Shown here piece by piece: positions 1 through 9,092 of a stretch of 64,000 nucleotides of DNA. The DNA lies in the IMG/VR virus record IMGVR_UViG_3300028888_000002; one strand, written 5' to 3'. The first letter of the stretch is position 1. Every line of letters begins with the position of its first letter. The notes below the pieces were generated by a model. That model was not told where the DNA came from. It saw only the letters and a program-made list of their open reading frames with translations, and searched no databases. Origin of the DNA: a virus. Lineage: Duplodnaviria; Caudoviricetes. Position numbers and translations under genes: made by a program.

Positions 1-133
1 CAACCCAATGTTCGGGCTTCCAACCCATAGTGTGCATAAGGTCTGCGACGAACACGACAATGGGCAGGTTCGGGTCCAGGAAGTTTTGGGTGATGCCGTT
101 GGCGATTTCTGCGATTTCCTTGTTCATAGTCAT
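1..133 (-). CDS. Hypothetical early protein, partial (runs off window start)
   Basis: ATG at 133 preceded by the conserved AACCGAGGATAGC leader; open frame MTMNKEIAEIANG... to position 1. Confidence 0.7.
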   Translation of the reverse strand, partial: MTMNKEIAEIANGITQNFLDPNLPIVVFVADLMHTMGWKPEHWV

Positions 134-147
134 TGTGCTATCCTCGG

Positions 148-471
148 TTAGATATGGTTTTCCTTGACGAAAGTGCTGCTAGAGTAAATGGACGAAGCGA
201 TTGTGTTCACTGCGGTCAAGAGCGTGTCCTTGTCGTCAAGCTGTGCAGGAACCTTGAAATCCAGGATAGCCGTTCCGTTGACGGGACAATCGCTCAAATC
301 CACGGGAACACCGTTAGCCCTAAAGGAATGTGCAGTGAAACTCCAAACGCCTGCAAAAATGTCATAGCTTGCGTCAATGTAGAAAGCTGCGTTACGCTTC
401 GTCGCCTTTGCGAACCACTGCTTGACCTGCTTTCCGTTACGGGTATATTTGAGAATTGTTTCTACTGCCAT
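148..471 (-). CDS. Hypothetical early protein (107 aa)
   Basis: ORF track 148..537 trimmed to MAVETILKY, which follows the promoter and AACCGAGGATAGC leader. Confidence 0.75.
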   Translation of the reverse strand: MAVETILKYTRNGKQVKQWFAKATKRNAAFYIDASYDIFAGVWSFTAHSFRANGVPVDLSDCPVNGTAILDFKVPAQLDDKDTLLTAVNTIASSIYSSSTFVKENHI

Positions 472-508
472 TGGGCTATCCTCGGTTATTGGTTGTCTTT
501 CTGCGTAT

Positions 509-545
509 AATATAACAAAATACCTGCCGTTCGTCAACAGGTATT
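509..545 (-). promoter_or_regulatory. Sigma70-type promoter overlapped by a terminator-like hairpin
   Basis: TTGACG (537-532), 17 nt, TATATT (514-509); inverted repeat 519-529/535-545 spans the -35. Confidence 0.75.
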
Positions 546-570
546 GTTAAAATAATATGTTATATTTTTA

Positions 571-1896
571 TTACATACAGCAAATGTCTTGCCGTGTGAG
601 CGGGCGACCGCAGACGGGGCAGGCTACGCCCTCAAGGTCGCTGTATGCGTCGTCCAGGTAGTCGTTGCAATCCGAAATATCCTCTACGGCACCCCTGTAA
701 TTATGGATTGAGCGGGATAGTGCCGAAAGTTCCCTGTCGGACCACTTGCACGGCTTCGGGGCTTTCAGCTTCGCAATTTTCCCCAGGGCGGTATCGGCAA
801 CGTCCAGGGTTTCAGTGACTTCTTCGTAGTTACGGATAGACTGCACTAGCGGACGCAGGCGACCTTCCCATTTGCACGGCTTCGGTTCCTGCAAGTCTTC
901 CAGGGCGTTCAAAGCGGACCTGCACCGACGATAGCGGGTCACGACGGAGCCATACTGCGTGATAGAATCCGAAAGGGCTACAAGTTCCTTTTCCGTATGC
1001 TTCGGGGGCTTCGGGAACACCAGGGCACCCAACTTTTCAAGGGCGGGCGTTACACGGGCGAGAACACGGCAGGTCCCGACGTAGTTGTTGCAGACTTCAA
1101 GTTCCTTTTCCAATCCCTTGATTACTGCGGACTTGTCCCCGTTCTCAAGCCATTCGGGGATTTCGGGGTAGTTCTTGATAGCCTTGTAATCGTCAATCGT
1201 GCGTTTGAGTGCTTCCAACTTGCGGGTGAGTTCGTCAATCTTCGGCTGCGTAGCCTTTGCCTTTTCGTAAAGGTCTTCGGCTTTTTCCACCCAACTGAAT
1301 GACCCCACGGACTTTTCAAGACCCTCAACCGTTTCCTGTGCGGTGTTCACCAGGTCCGACGTGTCGGAAACCTTACGCTTTGCAAGCGTAAGAATATCGT
1401 CAACGCATTCAAGCCCCGCAAGTTCGTTCAAGTATTTGGACGCTTCGCCTGGTGTAGCTGCGAGCAGGAACGGTGCGTCAAACTGCTTCTGCACGGAAGC
1501 GTCTGCCAGGTTGAACAGCTTCGTGACGGCTTCGGGCACGTCGGTTCGGAGTGCTTCGTAAACCGTGTCGTCCACAATGTAGCCGTTAAAGGTGTTGGAC
1601 CGCTTGCGTTCTACTACGTGACCGTCCACCACTATCGTCACGGACGTATATTCGTCGTCCTTGAACTTAATAGTGCTGCTTTCCTTTGTCGTCGGTTTCT
1701 TGCTAGGCTTCGTCTGCTTCTGTGCCCAATACGATACGAAGTCGTGCGGGGCTTCGTTGAAAAGGACCCAATAGAACGCACGTAGCACGGCTGTCTTGCC
1801 GTGGTTGGAACCACCCTGCAAAACGGTGGAACGCCCCAGGTCCAATTCAAGGTCCTTGTGGCATTGGAAATTGTGCAATTTAATCTTTGTTATCAT
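571..1896 (-). CDS. SbcC/Rad50 (gp46-like) ATPase, N-terminal half
   Basis: ITKIKLHNFQCH start, Walker A GGSNHGKT, Q-loop VQKQFD, coiled coil, terminal CPVC zinc hook; no Walker B. Confidence 0.9.
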   Translation of the reverse strand: MITKIKLHNFQCHKDLELDLGRSTVLQGGSNHGKTAVLRAFYWVLFNEAPHDFVSYWAQKQTKPSKKPTTKESSTIKFKDDEYTSVTIVVDGHVVERKRSNTFNGYIVDDTVYEALRTDVPEAVTKLFNLADASVQKQFDAPFLLAATPGEASKYLNELAGLECVDDILTLAKRKVSDTSDLVNTAQETVEGLEKSVGSFSWVEKAEDLYEKAKATQPKIDELTRKLEALKRTIDDYKAIKNYPEIPEWLENGDKSAVIKGLEKELEVCNNYVGTCRVLARVTPALEKLGALVFPKPPKHTEKELVALSDSITQYGSVVTRYRRCRSALNALEDLQEPKPCKWEGRLRPLVQSIRNYEEVTETLDVADTALGKIAKLKAPKPCKWSDRELSALSRSIHNYRGAVEDISDCNDYLDDAYSDLEGVACPVCGRPLTRQDICCM

Positions 1897-1921
1897 AATA
1901 GTATATAGTCGTGTAGCGTTA

Positions 1922-2125
1922 TTATTGCTGCGAACCCAACTGCATAAATTCGTGAAGTTTGCGTTGGCAGTCTTCGCACAGGTTATAGTTCACGTATGAA
2001 TGTGCGTATTCTTCGTGGCAGTTGGACCAATCCGTATTCGCCACGACCTTTACAGAACCGCCCATATCCAGGGTGTTGTTGTATCGGGCGGGCTTGCTGT
2101 GACAGCGGGAGCATTCACCGTTCAT
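1922..2125 (-). CDS. Small Zn-finger protein
   Basis: CSRC...CEDC pairs, 67 aa, co-oriented with its neighbours. Confidence 0.6.
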   Translation of the reverse strand: MNGECSRCHSKPARYNNTLDMGGSVKVVANTDWSNCHEEYAHSYVNYNLCEDCQRKLHEFMQLGSQQ

Positions 2126-2213
2126 AAAGACCCCTATTGGTTGCTAATGCAAAGGAACAGCATTCCTGCTGCCCCTAGAATGAACGCTAGTCCATACTGC
2201 AAGATTTTGAAAA

Positions 2214-2849
2214 TCACTTAATGAGTTCCTTCGGCAAAAGGCGTTCCCTGGTTTCGGGGTAGCGACAAATCAAGTAGCCACGGAGCATAGCGTAATAGAC
2301 CTTGTAAAGACCCTGTGCAGGACCGTAAATGTGCGTATCAATTTGGAAGAACGCACTCAAGAACGGCAGCAGCGGATTGTCTGCGTAACGCTTGACGGGT
2401 AAATCCTTCGTGTATTCGTCCATACACGGGAACATCACCAACGGACGTTCCGTTATAGCGACAACGCAAATGGGGGTTTTCTTATAGGCGTAGGTAAACT
2501 TCGTTACGCTTTTCAGCTTCTCAACGTTTTCAGTCAAGCCCAAACTCTTTGTAAGGCTGCGGGCGAAGTCTGCCAAGAAATTGAACTGTTCCTCGGAGCA
2601 GTCCATAAGGCTTTCAAGAATGCCCTGGGGCTTTTTATTACGCAAGCGTTCAAGCAGGCACTTGCCCAACTTCGTGACCTTGTAACCCCACGGGTCCGTT
2701 TCTTTCTTTGCGGGCTGTGCCTTGTCTTCAATATCCTTGCGACGCTTTACGCTCTTTTCAAGAGTCTTGCGACGTTCTGCAATCCTTTCAAAGACAGCCT
2801 TGTATTTAGGCTTTTCGTCTTTTACGGGTTTCTGTTTTTTGGTAGCCAT
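2214..2849 (-). CDS. Hypothetical protein with basic N-terminus
   Basis: 211-aa ORF with AACCGAGG RBS. Confidence 0.7.
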   Translation of the reverse strand: MATKKQKPVKDEKPKYKAVFERIAERRKTLEKSVKRRKDIEDKAQPAKKETDPWGYKVTKLGKCLLERLRNKKPQGILESLMDCSEEQFNFLADFARSLTKSLGLTENVEKLKSVTKFTYAYKKTPICVVAITERPLVMFPCMDEYTKDLPVKRYADNPLLPFLSAFFQIDTHIYGPAQGLYKVYYAMLRGYLICRYPETRERLLPKELIK

Positions 2850-3066
2850 TTCGTTTCCTCGGTTTTTGTGAAAAGTTGTATGAATAAGTTTGTCCGTTGT
2901 CGGACAAGCAGCCTGCCGTAACGTCCAGGCATTGAAAGGTCCGTGAAACTTCGTCGTCCACCTGGGGTTCTACAAGTTTACGGAGTTCCGTTTCGGACAA
3001 GGTGCTGCTGTTCGCAGACACCTTAACCGTCACGGTGTAAGTCTTTTCAAAGACCAATTTAGCCAT
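2806..3066 (-). CDS. Hypothetical protein
   Basis: Start trimmed to MAKLVFEK, translationally coupled to the upstream stop. Confidence 0.55.
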   Translation of the reverse strand: MAKLVFEKTYTVTVKVSANSSTLSETELRKLVEPQVDDEVSRTFQCLDVTAGCLSDNGQTYSYNFSQKPRKRNGYQKTETRKRRKA

Positions 3067-3262
3067 TAAGCCATTCCTCTTCGGGGATAACCTTGATACG
3101 CTTTGTAACTTCGGATATAAACACGTCGTCACCTAGATTTTGGCTCTTAACAAAGGTGGCGTGTTCCACAGCGGATTTCTTTGTCCCGAACGTTGCGGTA
3201 TAGTTTTCGTGTGAAACCTTGTCATACCAGGTTACGTTATATTCAATAACTGCGTTTTCCAT
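3059..3262 (-). CDS. Hypothetical protein
   Basis: Start trimmed to MENAVIEY after an AAGGA RBS. Confidence 0.6.
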   Translation of the reverse strand: MENAVIEYNVTWYDKVSHENYTATFGTKKSAVEHATFVKSQNLGDDVFISEVTKRIKVIPEEEWLNG

Positions 3263-3312
3263 TTTTGTTTTCCTTTTCTTAAAGTGGCAAGGATAAAATA
3301 ACAAAAATGTTT

Positions 3313-3894
3313 TTAGAACGAATACTCTTTGTCTGCGTCAATATCGGTTCCCGCCACGTCGCCAACCATAAGGACTTGAACGCCTATCTTGTCCACAAGC
3401 GTAGCGATTACCTGCCCAAGTTCCTTACGGGGCTTGACTTCTTCACCGTCACGCAAATGCCCGAACGGTTCGTCAAGCAGCAAGAACGGTCGCTTGCCTG
3501 CAAGACGCAAGCAGCCGACACGCAGGGCGAAGCTAACGGAGTCAACTAGACCGCCACCCGAAGAATCCAACGGGTCCAACTTCGCACCGCCCTTACAAAT
3601 ACGGAACTCCGTGTCAACCTTGCCACGCTTCGGGACAAAGTTCACGGCAAATTCATAACCAGGGAAAAGCAGGTCCAGGCAATTCTGCACGGACCTTTGA
3701 ACAGCGTCTTTAAGTTGGTCCTGCGTCTTTGACGCAACGTCCTGCAAGAGAGCCAGGGCTTTCTTTTGGTTGCTGCAATCAGCCTGCAAGCCTTCCAACT
3801 TCTTTCGGTTGTCTGCAAGCGACTTTTCGGCAAGGTCAAGTTGGGCACGACCCGACACGACTTTCTTGTGAAAATCTTCCAGGGTCAGCGACAT
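3313..3894 (-). CDS. SbcC/Rad50 ATPase, C-terminal half
   Basis: Coiled coil, signature SSGGG, Walker B/D-loop LLLDEPFGHL. Confidence 0.88.
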   Translation of the reverse strand: MSLTLEDFHKKVVSGRAQLDLAEKSLADNRKKLEGLQADCSNQKKALALLQDVASKTQDQLKDAVQRSVQNCLDLLFPGYEFAVNFVPKRGKVDTEFRICKGGAKLDPLDSSGGGLVDSVSFALRVGCLRLAGKRPFLLLDEPFGHLRDGEEVKPRKELGQVIATLVDKIGVQVLMVGDVAGTDIDADKEYSF

Positions 3895-4136
3895 TACACA
3901 CCCGCTTCGGTAAGAAGTTTGTCGGCAGCTTCAAGGTATTCTTCCTGGGCTGCACGGTTGTCTTCAAGTTCCTGCTCAATCTTTTCCTGCAACGCTTCGG
4001 CTTCTGCAAGGGAAGAAACGTTGTAGTCACGCTGCCAGGTTTCTTCAATAGCCTTTTTCTTGCCCTCGGCTTCGGAGCGTTGATTTTTGAGTTTGTCAAT
4101 ACGGGCTTTGACGTTTTCAATATCTACTGTTGCCAT
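3894..4136 (-). CDS. Small coiled-coil protein, possibly a Rad50 arm segment
   Basis: 80-aa heptad-rich ORF between Mre11 and the SbcC C-half, stop/start coupled. Confidence 0.7.
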   Translation of the reverse strand: MATVDIENVKARIDKLKNQRSEAEGKKKAIEETWQRDYNVSSLAEAEALQEKIEQELEDNRAAQEEYLEAADKLLTEAGV

Positions 4137-4181
4137 TTTTCGGTTTTCCTTTTTGGTTCTAATTGTTATATAGTCCGTGGG

Positions 4182-5120
4182 CTACTTTTTTTCTTCGGGG
4201 ACATAGGAATCAATAATGTCCTGTGTAGCCTTGCGAACTTCCTTGTCCTTTTCTTTCAAAATCGCAGCCTGCACGTTTGCGATAAAGTCAAGGTGCGGGA
4301 CTTCAAAATCCTGCAAGCCTTCCAGGTAGGTTTCAAGTTCCTGGCGGGATTCACGCTTCGGGTCGGGGTGGACCTTTCCGAACTTTTTGAGCGGGACTTC
4401 CTTTACGGACAAATCGGACGTGTCAAGAATGTAGCAGCGGGGCTTGTAGTCTTCCATATCCGAAGCCTGGATATTCAAGCAGCCACAGGTCACGACGGAC
4501 GCATTCTTGAAATTCTTGATATAGCCGTGGTGATAGTCACCCGTAAGAATAAGCTGTGCGTTGGAACGCTCCAACAGTTCCTCGGCAATCACGCCAATGT
4601 CCGTGATAGGCTTGCCGTCCTTGTTATGCGGGCGAGCGTCGTTGTCGGGGAAGACAAGTTCGTGGACACACCAAATATCGCAATCGGGTATCTTTTCGGG
4701 TTCGGTCCCGAAAGGATATGCCTGGATTTCGGTCTTGATACTTTCGCCCTTAACGGTGTCAACACAGGACGTGGAACGCAATTCCGTGACGTTGCTCAAA
4801 GAGAAAATCCCACCGATTGTGGACTTGCTGACATTCTCATATTGGTGGTGCAGTTCGTCGTGGTTCCCGATTAGGACACGCACGGGCGTGTTGCCAAAGC
4901 CCTGCAACAGACGCAAAGCCTGGTTCGTCGCTTCGGTTGAAGTGCGGGCACGGTGGAACAGGTCGCCCAAAATCCACACTTCGTCGCAGTGTTCCTGTTC
5001 AACGATAGGGTAAAGCTGCTCAACAGACTGTCGCTGTTCTTCAAGCCAATTATCGGGGTCAACACGGCACGACGGGGCATCGCCACGCAAGTGCCAATCA
5101 GCCGTTAGTAAACACTTCAT
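4182..5120 (-). CDS. SbcD/Mre11 (gp47-like) metallophosphoesterase nuclease
   Basis: DWH, GDLFH, GNHD and GDYH calcineurin-like motifs. Confidence 0.92.
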   Translation of the reverse strand: MKCLLTADWHLRGDAPSCRVDPDNWLEEQRQSVEQLYPIVEQEHCDEVWILGDLFHRARTSTEATNQALRLLQGFGNTPVRVLIGNHDELHHQYENVSKSTIGGIFSLSNVTELRSTSCVDTVKGESIKTEIQAYPFGTEPEKIPDCDIWCVHELVFPDNDARPHNKDGKPITDIGVIAEELLERSNAQLILTGDYHHGYIKNFKNASVVTCGCLNIQASDMEDYKPRCYILDTSDLSVKEVPLKKFGKVHPDPKRESRQELETYLEGLQDFEVPHLDFIANVQAAILKEKDKEVRKATQDIIDSYVPEEKK

Positions 5121-5350
5121 TAACGCAATTCCTTCTTGTAGAAATCGTCTTCGCTGTCCATAACGTCCACAGGCGAAACGCAGTAACCGCTACCCCTGGG
5201 AATGTTGCCGTCCGTGACCTGCTCGGATTTTTCCTTTTCAGCCTTGAACGCTTCTGCCAACTTTTTAGTGGAGCAGAACCATTCTTTCTTAAAAAGGTCG
5301 TTACCGCTGCGGGCACCGCTGTTTTTGGTAATCTTGTAAATCGTCTTCAT
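5120..5350 (-). CDS. Hypothetical protein
   Basis: 76-aa ORF coupled to the Mre11 start. Confidence 0.65.
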   Translation of the reverse strand: MKTIYKITKNSGARSGNDLFKKEWFCSTKKLAEAFKAEKEKSEQVTDGNIPRGSGYCVSPVDVMDSEDDFYKKELR

Positions 5351-5362
5351 AAGGGTTTTCCT

Positions 5363-5650
5363 TTATCCTGCATTGAAACTAGACAGGATAACTATTGCTT
5401 CTTTGTCGGTTTCCAGGTCGGTGTAGCCAACCGCTGAAATTTCGTCAACTTTCTGCCAACGACCAATTTCAAAGTCGTAGTCGTATTGGACACGCTCGCT
5501 TCTGCCCTTGTAGTCCCCGTCCTGGGTTTCCTTGTCAAACACCTTGTCTTCCAAGAGTTGTTCCAACTTCTGCCTGTTGGCACAGGCGATAACGGCAGCG
5601 TCGTAGGTGTCGTAATCTACGTGATTAAGTTTAACTAGATAGAGTCGCAT
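5363..5650 (-). CDS. Hypothetical phage protein
   Basis: Start trimmed to MRLYLVK; DYDTYDAAVI...ILSSFNAG resembles a common small phage family. Confidence 0.7.
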   Translation of the reverse strand: MRLYLVKLNHVDYDTYDAAVIACANRQKLEQLLEDKVFDKETQDGDYKGRSERVQYDYDFEIGRWQKVDEISAVGYTDLETDKEAIVILSSFNAG

Positions 5651-5656
5651 AGTAAA

Positions 5657-5726
5657 TAAAAAAGCCCCGCCCATTTCCCGCACTTTAGACAACCACGACC
5701 GAGGATTGGGAAAAATTGGGCGGGGC
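5657..5726 (-). terminator. Intrinsic terminator-like hairpin whose large loop is antisense to the phage leader motif
   Basis: Stem 5664-5679/5708-5726, U-tract on the minus strand; loop contains the complement of GACAACCACGACCGAGGAT. Confidence 0.7.
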
Positions 5727-5734
5727 AAAATTCC

Positions 5735-6298
5735 TTAAAGGTTATTCAACCGTTTGCTAATCCGTGTTAGAGCTATCTTTGCACACATCAAGGCGTTCTT
5801 ATATCCTTCGTCGGTAAGGATTTCATAAGCCTGGTAGTTGTGCCCGTCTAGGTGGGTCCTAAACTTGCCGTCACGGACGCAGGTTGAAGATAAGGGGTAT
5901 GCCAACTTTACAGGTATGACACAACCAATCTTCCCGTCTTCATTAAATTTAGCAAATAATCCGTCAACGCACAAGGTATTGTGTTCGCCATTGTCGTATA
6001 TTCCGACGTTTTCCACGAAAACAATGCCGTCCGATATGCTGTTGTTAAGGTGGAATGCCTTCTTGCAAAGCTGCTCACGCAGTTCACGGACCCTGCTTTC
6101 CCAGGTCGGCTCAATGCAGGTAGCACTTACAATGACCTGCTGAAGTTCATTGACTATCTTTGAAGCGGTTGCAAGCGTGTAACGCTTGCCCTGGAACTTA
6201 CGCAGGACTTTCGGGAGTTCCGCAGAAAGATACTGTTCGCACGTAGGCTGTTTAGGCTTGTTCGGAGCCTTCCTACCTTTTATTAGTCTAGCCCGCAT
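5735..6298 (-). CDS. Hypothetical protein
   Basis: 187-aa ORF in the minus-strand operon. Confidence 0.65.
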   Translation of the reverse strand: MRARLIKGRKAPNKPKQPTCEQYLSAELPKVLRKFQGKRYTLATASKIVNELQQVIVSATCIEPTWESRVRELREQLCKKAFHLNNSISDGIVFVENVGIYDNGEHNTLCVDGLFAKFNEDGKIGCVIPVKLAYPLSSTCVRDGKFRTHLDGHNYQAYEILTDEGYKNALMCAKIALTRISKRLNNL

Positions 6299-6548
6299 TC
6301 AACAGACCCTCCAGGATTGTGCAAAAGATAATGGTAACAAGCATACAGCCGAAAATGATAGAGAGCAGCAGGTAGTTTTCCGCATTCTTTACGGCTTTCG
6401 TGTAAGCCTGGTGCGTAGAACGCAGCAGAACACGCAGGTCGTTGACCTGCTGCTTCGCTGCTTCAAGTTCCGTCGGTGCGTCCGTGCTATTCAAATAACA
6501 CTCAACTTCCATAACGGTAAGTTCGGTATTTTCAACAAAATCGTCCAT
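6288..6548 (-). CDS. Small membrane protein
   Basis: Coiled coil followed by a C-terminal hydrophobic helix; GGAG RBS. Confidence 0.65.
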   Translation of the reverse strand: MDDFVENTELTVMEVECYLNSTDAPTELEAAKQQVNDLRVLLRSTHQAYTKAVKNAENYLLLSIIFGCMLVTIIFCTILEGLLNAG

Positions 6549-6590
6549 TCGTGGTTGTAACTCCTACACTACCTATATAGGCGTATAGCG

Positions 6591-6974
6591 TCAAATTTCC
6601 ACGTTGGAGTCAACCGAAAGACCTGCGAACGCCTTGCTGACCTTTTCTGCAAGCGACCACAGGACGGACATTTCAGCACCGTCGTATTTGTCAATCATAT
6701 AGGATTCAAGGCATACGGTGTTCGGGTAGTCGTCCTTGAGCTGCCCCGCTGCCTTTGCGACCTGGAACGCTTCCTTGCGGTCCGCATAGCGGTAGGTCCC
6801 GTCCGCAGCCTTGATTACGAATCCGAAGCATTCGGGAAGACCCTTGATGATAATGCCCTTTTCCCTGCGGTCGTCCATAAGGTATTCACGGGCGGTGTTG
6901 TGGCTGTTAGCCACCGAAAACGGGTGCTTGAAGTCGGTATAGAAGCCGACGAACGGGCAAACTACGTGTTCCAT
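6591..6974 (-). CDS. Hypothetical early phage protein
   Basis: GFV...DRKEAFQVAKAAGQL; preceded by the AACCGAGGAT leader and a promoter. Confidence 0.7.
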   Translation of the reverse strand: MEHVVCPFVGFYTDFKHPFSVANSHNTAREYLMDDRREKGIIIKGLPECFGFVIKAADGTYRYADRKEAFQVAKAAGQLKDDYPNTVCLESYMIDKYDGAEMSVLWSLAEKVSKAFAGLSVDSNVEI

Positions 6975-7011
6975 ACACTTAATCCTCGGTTGAATGGTTC
7001 AACGTAAGAAT

Positions 7012-7056
7012 AATATAACTAATTACCATACCGCAGTCAACAGGCGTTGTTAAAAT
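7012..7056 (-). promoter_or_regulatory. Sigma70-type early promoter
   Basis: TTGACT (7040-7035), 17 nt, TATATT (7017-7012); upstream TTTTAACAA shared with three other promoters. Confidence 0.7.
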
Positions 7057-7116
7057 TTTTGTTTACATTTTACTTACGCTATTGCTAAACATTGGATATT
7101 TTGTTATATTGCGGGT

Positions 7117-7320
7117 ATGACAAAACCACAGACCGATATTTCGGGAATGCTCGCTATGCTTCCCGAAGACAAGCAGAAACTTTACATTAACACGCTCTAT
7201 GCAGTAGCCAGGACAGCGATTGAAGCCCGCTGCGGTGCCCTGCGTGTTATGGACCTGGAAACCCTGCAATCGCTTGAAGACGAAAGCAACGCCCGATTTG
7301 AAGAATGGTTATTTCAGTGA
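7117..7320 (+). CDS. Small hypothetical protein
   Basis: 67-aa ORF directly after a TTGTTATATT -10 box (near-leaderless). Confidence 0.55.
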   Translation: MTKPQTDISGMLAMLPEDKQKLYINTLYAVARTAIEARCGALRVMDLETLQSLEDESNARFEEWLFQ

Positions 7321-7369
7321 CCGCTAAAATAAGTTATATTTCCTATTAAACAACTAGCAGGACACTATT

Positions 7370-7891
7370 ATGCCTAAACTGAAAATACGCCTACACGAAT
7401 CCCACGGCTCTATGAAAGTTTGGGCTGTCACGTTTGACAGCGAAGACCAGGCTAACGAAGAAGACTACTATCTTCGTGACGGTTGGGGCAGCGAATTGAA
7501 TACAGCCGTATCGGGCAACACCCTTTATGCGGACGGCAGCAAAGCCGAACAAATCTTAAAGGAATGGTTCCCTGGAAAAGAAATCCAGGTCGTAGCTGCT
7601 CCGAGGGACGTGGAACAAATGCTTCTCGGCAATTTCACCGAAACCCTGGGCGAGAGCAAAAAGAAAGAAGACGCTGCGTGGGAACCGCCCGCCCCCGTCA
7701 AAATCAAGACACTCAAAAAAGACGACCTGTTCACCTTGAAGCCGATTGAGAACCCGAAGGAATCCCAGGTGTGGTGCTTCCAGGGCTACGACCGCACTGA
7801 CAGGACCTATTGGGCTATCCGTTGGGACAACATCAGCGTAAGCCGTGAGTTTAAGGGCGACAAGGACGTTTACACGGAATTTAACTTCTAA
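7370..7891 (+). CDS. Putative internal-head polyprotein (2 modules)
   Basis: N-terminal MPKLKIRLHES; internal linker LGESKKKED between unrelated domains. Confidence 0.75.
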   Translation: MPKLKIRLHESHGSMKVWAVTFDSEDQANEEDYYLRDGWGSELNTAVSGNTLYADGSKAEQILKEWFPGKEIQVVAAPRDVEQMLLGNFTETLGESKKKEDAAWEPPAPVKIKTLKKDDLFTLKPIENPKESQVWCFQGYDRTDRTYWAIRWDNISVSREFKGDKDVYTEFNF

Positions 7892-8469
7892 TGCAGACAC
7901 TATACGTTCCGAAATATGGCATACACTATCGGGTGAACCCGAAGAACCCCTGCGAATTGCAGTGGTCCAAAAAGCCGTTCGGTCCTATGACTGCGTGGCA
8001 GAAAGCCTACACGTTCAAGCGACCAATCCGTGCTTTGGACATTGACGACGAAACGGACCAGGGCGTTGTCGTTTTGAATGACAGCACGACCTACGTCGGT
8101 TCGGGCGTTCGTGTTTGGGGCAAGAAGTTCTATACTGCGGGTTCCCGCATTTACAGCCTATACGCAATAGGGGAAAGCAAAATGACACGAAAGCTGACAA
8201 TCAAGGTCCACGAAAGCACCGCTGAAAATATACCCGACGCACTTAAAAACAAGCTCCGCAACGTTATTGGCTATGAATACGATAACGGCAAATGCGTAGC
8301 GTTTGATTTTGAGCCGACGCACGAACACAATATCGTTTTCCTTTACGACGACAACGGGACCATATTGGATTACGTCAATTTCGGGGACAACTACGACGCT
8401 GCAAAGTATCTTTACGATATGACCGCCAGGGACATTAAGGCGGGCAGAAAAGTTAGCAACCACCTGTAA
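7891..8469 (+). CDS. Putative internal-head polyprotein (2 modules)
   Basis: Internal IGESK-MTRKLTIKVHES junction. Confidence 0.7.
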   Translation: MQTLYVPKYGIHYRVNPKNPCELQWSKKPFGPMTAWQKAYTFKRPIRALDIDDETDQGVVVLNDSTTYVGSGVRVWGKKFYTAGSRIYSLYAIGESKMTRKLTIKVHESTAENIPDALKNKLRNVIGYEYDNGKCVAFDFEPTHEHNIVFLYDDNGTILDYVNFGDNYDAAKYLYDMTARDIKAGRKVSNHL

Positions 8470-8481
8470 GGGGGCGAATTT

Positions 8482-8802
8482 ATGGCAAGTATGAAAATCA
8501 AAGTCCACAGCATTTCCGAAGACAAGGGCGACGTAGATTTGGACGCTATGATGTCGGAGTTCAAGCAAGTTCTCGGCAACGACTACAAGCTGCGTGGTTA
8601 CACGCAGAACACCAAATATGAGCAGCAGCTTGTGATTGAAGTAAAGGGTGTCGGTGAATTTTTCTGTGGCTACGCATTAGTTTACAACGGTGGCAGATTC
8701 AAGGTCCGCACCTGGGACGCTGACACTAACTTTGACTTGGACTGTGATATGACGCTTTTCAAGAAACTTCAAACAATCTTCTACAAGTATTGCGGGGGCT
8801 AA
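8482..8802 (+). CDS. Putative internal-head protein
   Basis: N-terminal MASMKIKVHSISE resembles the tags of neighbouring genes. Confidence 0.7.
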   Translation: MASMKIKVHSISEDKGDVDLDAMMSEFKQVLGNDYKLRGYTQNTKYEQQLVIEVKGVGEFFCGYALVYNGGRFKVRTWDADTNFDLDCDMTLFKKLQTIFYKYCGG

Positions 8803-8805
8803 TCC

Positions 8806-9048
8806 TTGAACATTGAAGACTACCCAAAACCGATAACCATTGACGGACTAGCTCCGTTGCACCGCAAGCGACACACAGCGGGGACAAAAGAAACCTGCTG
8901 TATTTGCCACGAACGCAAGACATATCGCTACATTGGGGGTAAGCCCGTATGCAGCTATTGTTCTAGCACAGAACAAGCGGAAAGAATGGGACCAAATTGG
9001 AGCAGCAGGATTATTCGTAAAGAGGACCTGGTGTATGCTAACAATTAG
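8806..9048 (+). CDS. Small Zn-finger protein
   Basis: CCIC...CSYC. Confidence 0.55.
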   Translation: MNIEDYPKPITIDGLAPLHRKRHTAGTKETCCICHERKTYRYIGGKPVCSYCSSTEQAERMGPNWSSRIIRKEDLVYANN

Positions 9049-9092
9049 TGAAAATAACGGTCACACTGTTCGTTTAATCAAGGACTAAACAA

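Noticed and set aside
3729-4874. Long antisense ORFs (also 13565..14551, 15887..17077, 22264..23217, 26836..27906, 45772..46590, 60666..61493)
   Set aside because: Shadows of well-supported genes on the opposite strand, with no RBS or recognisable motifs.
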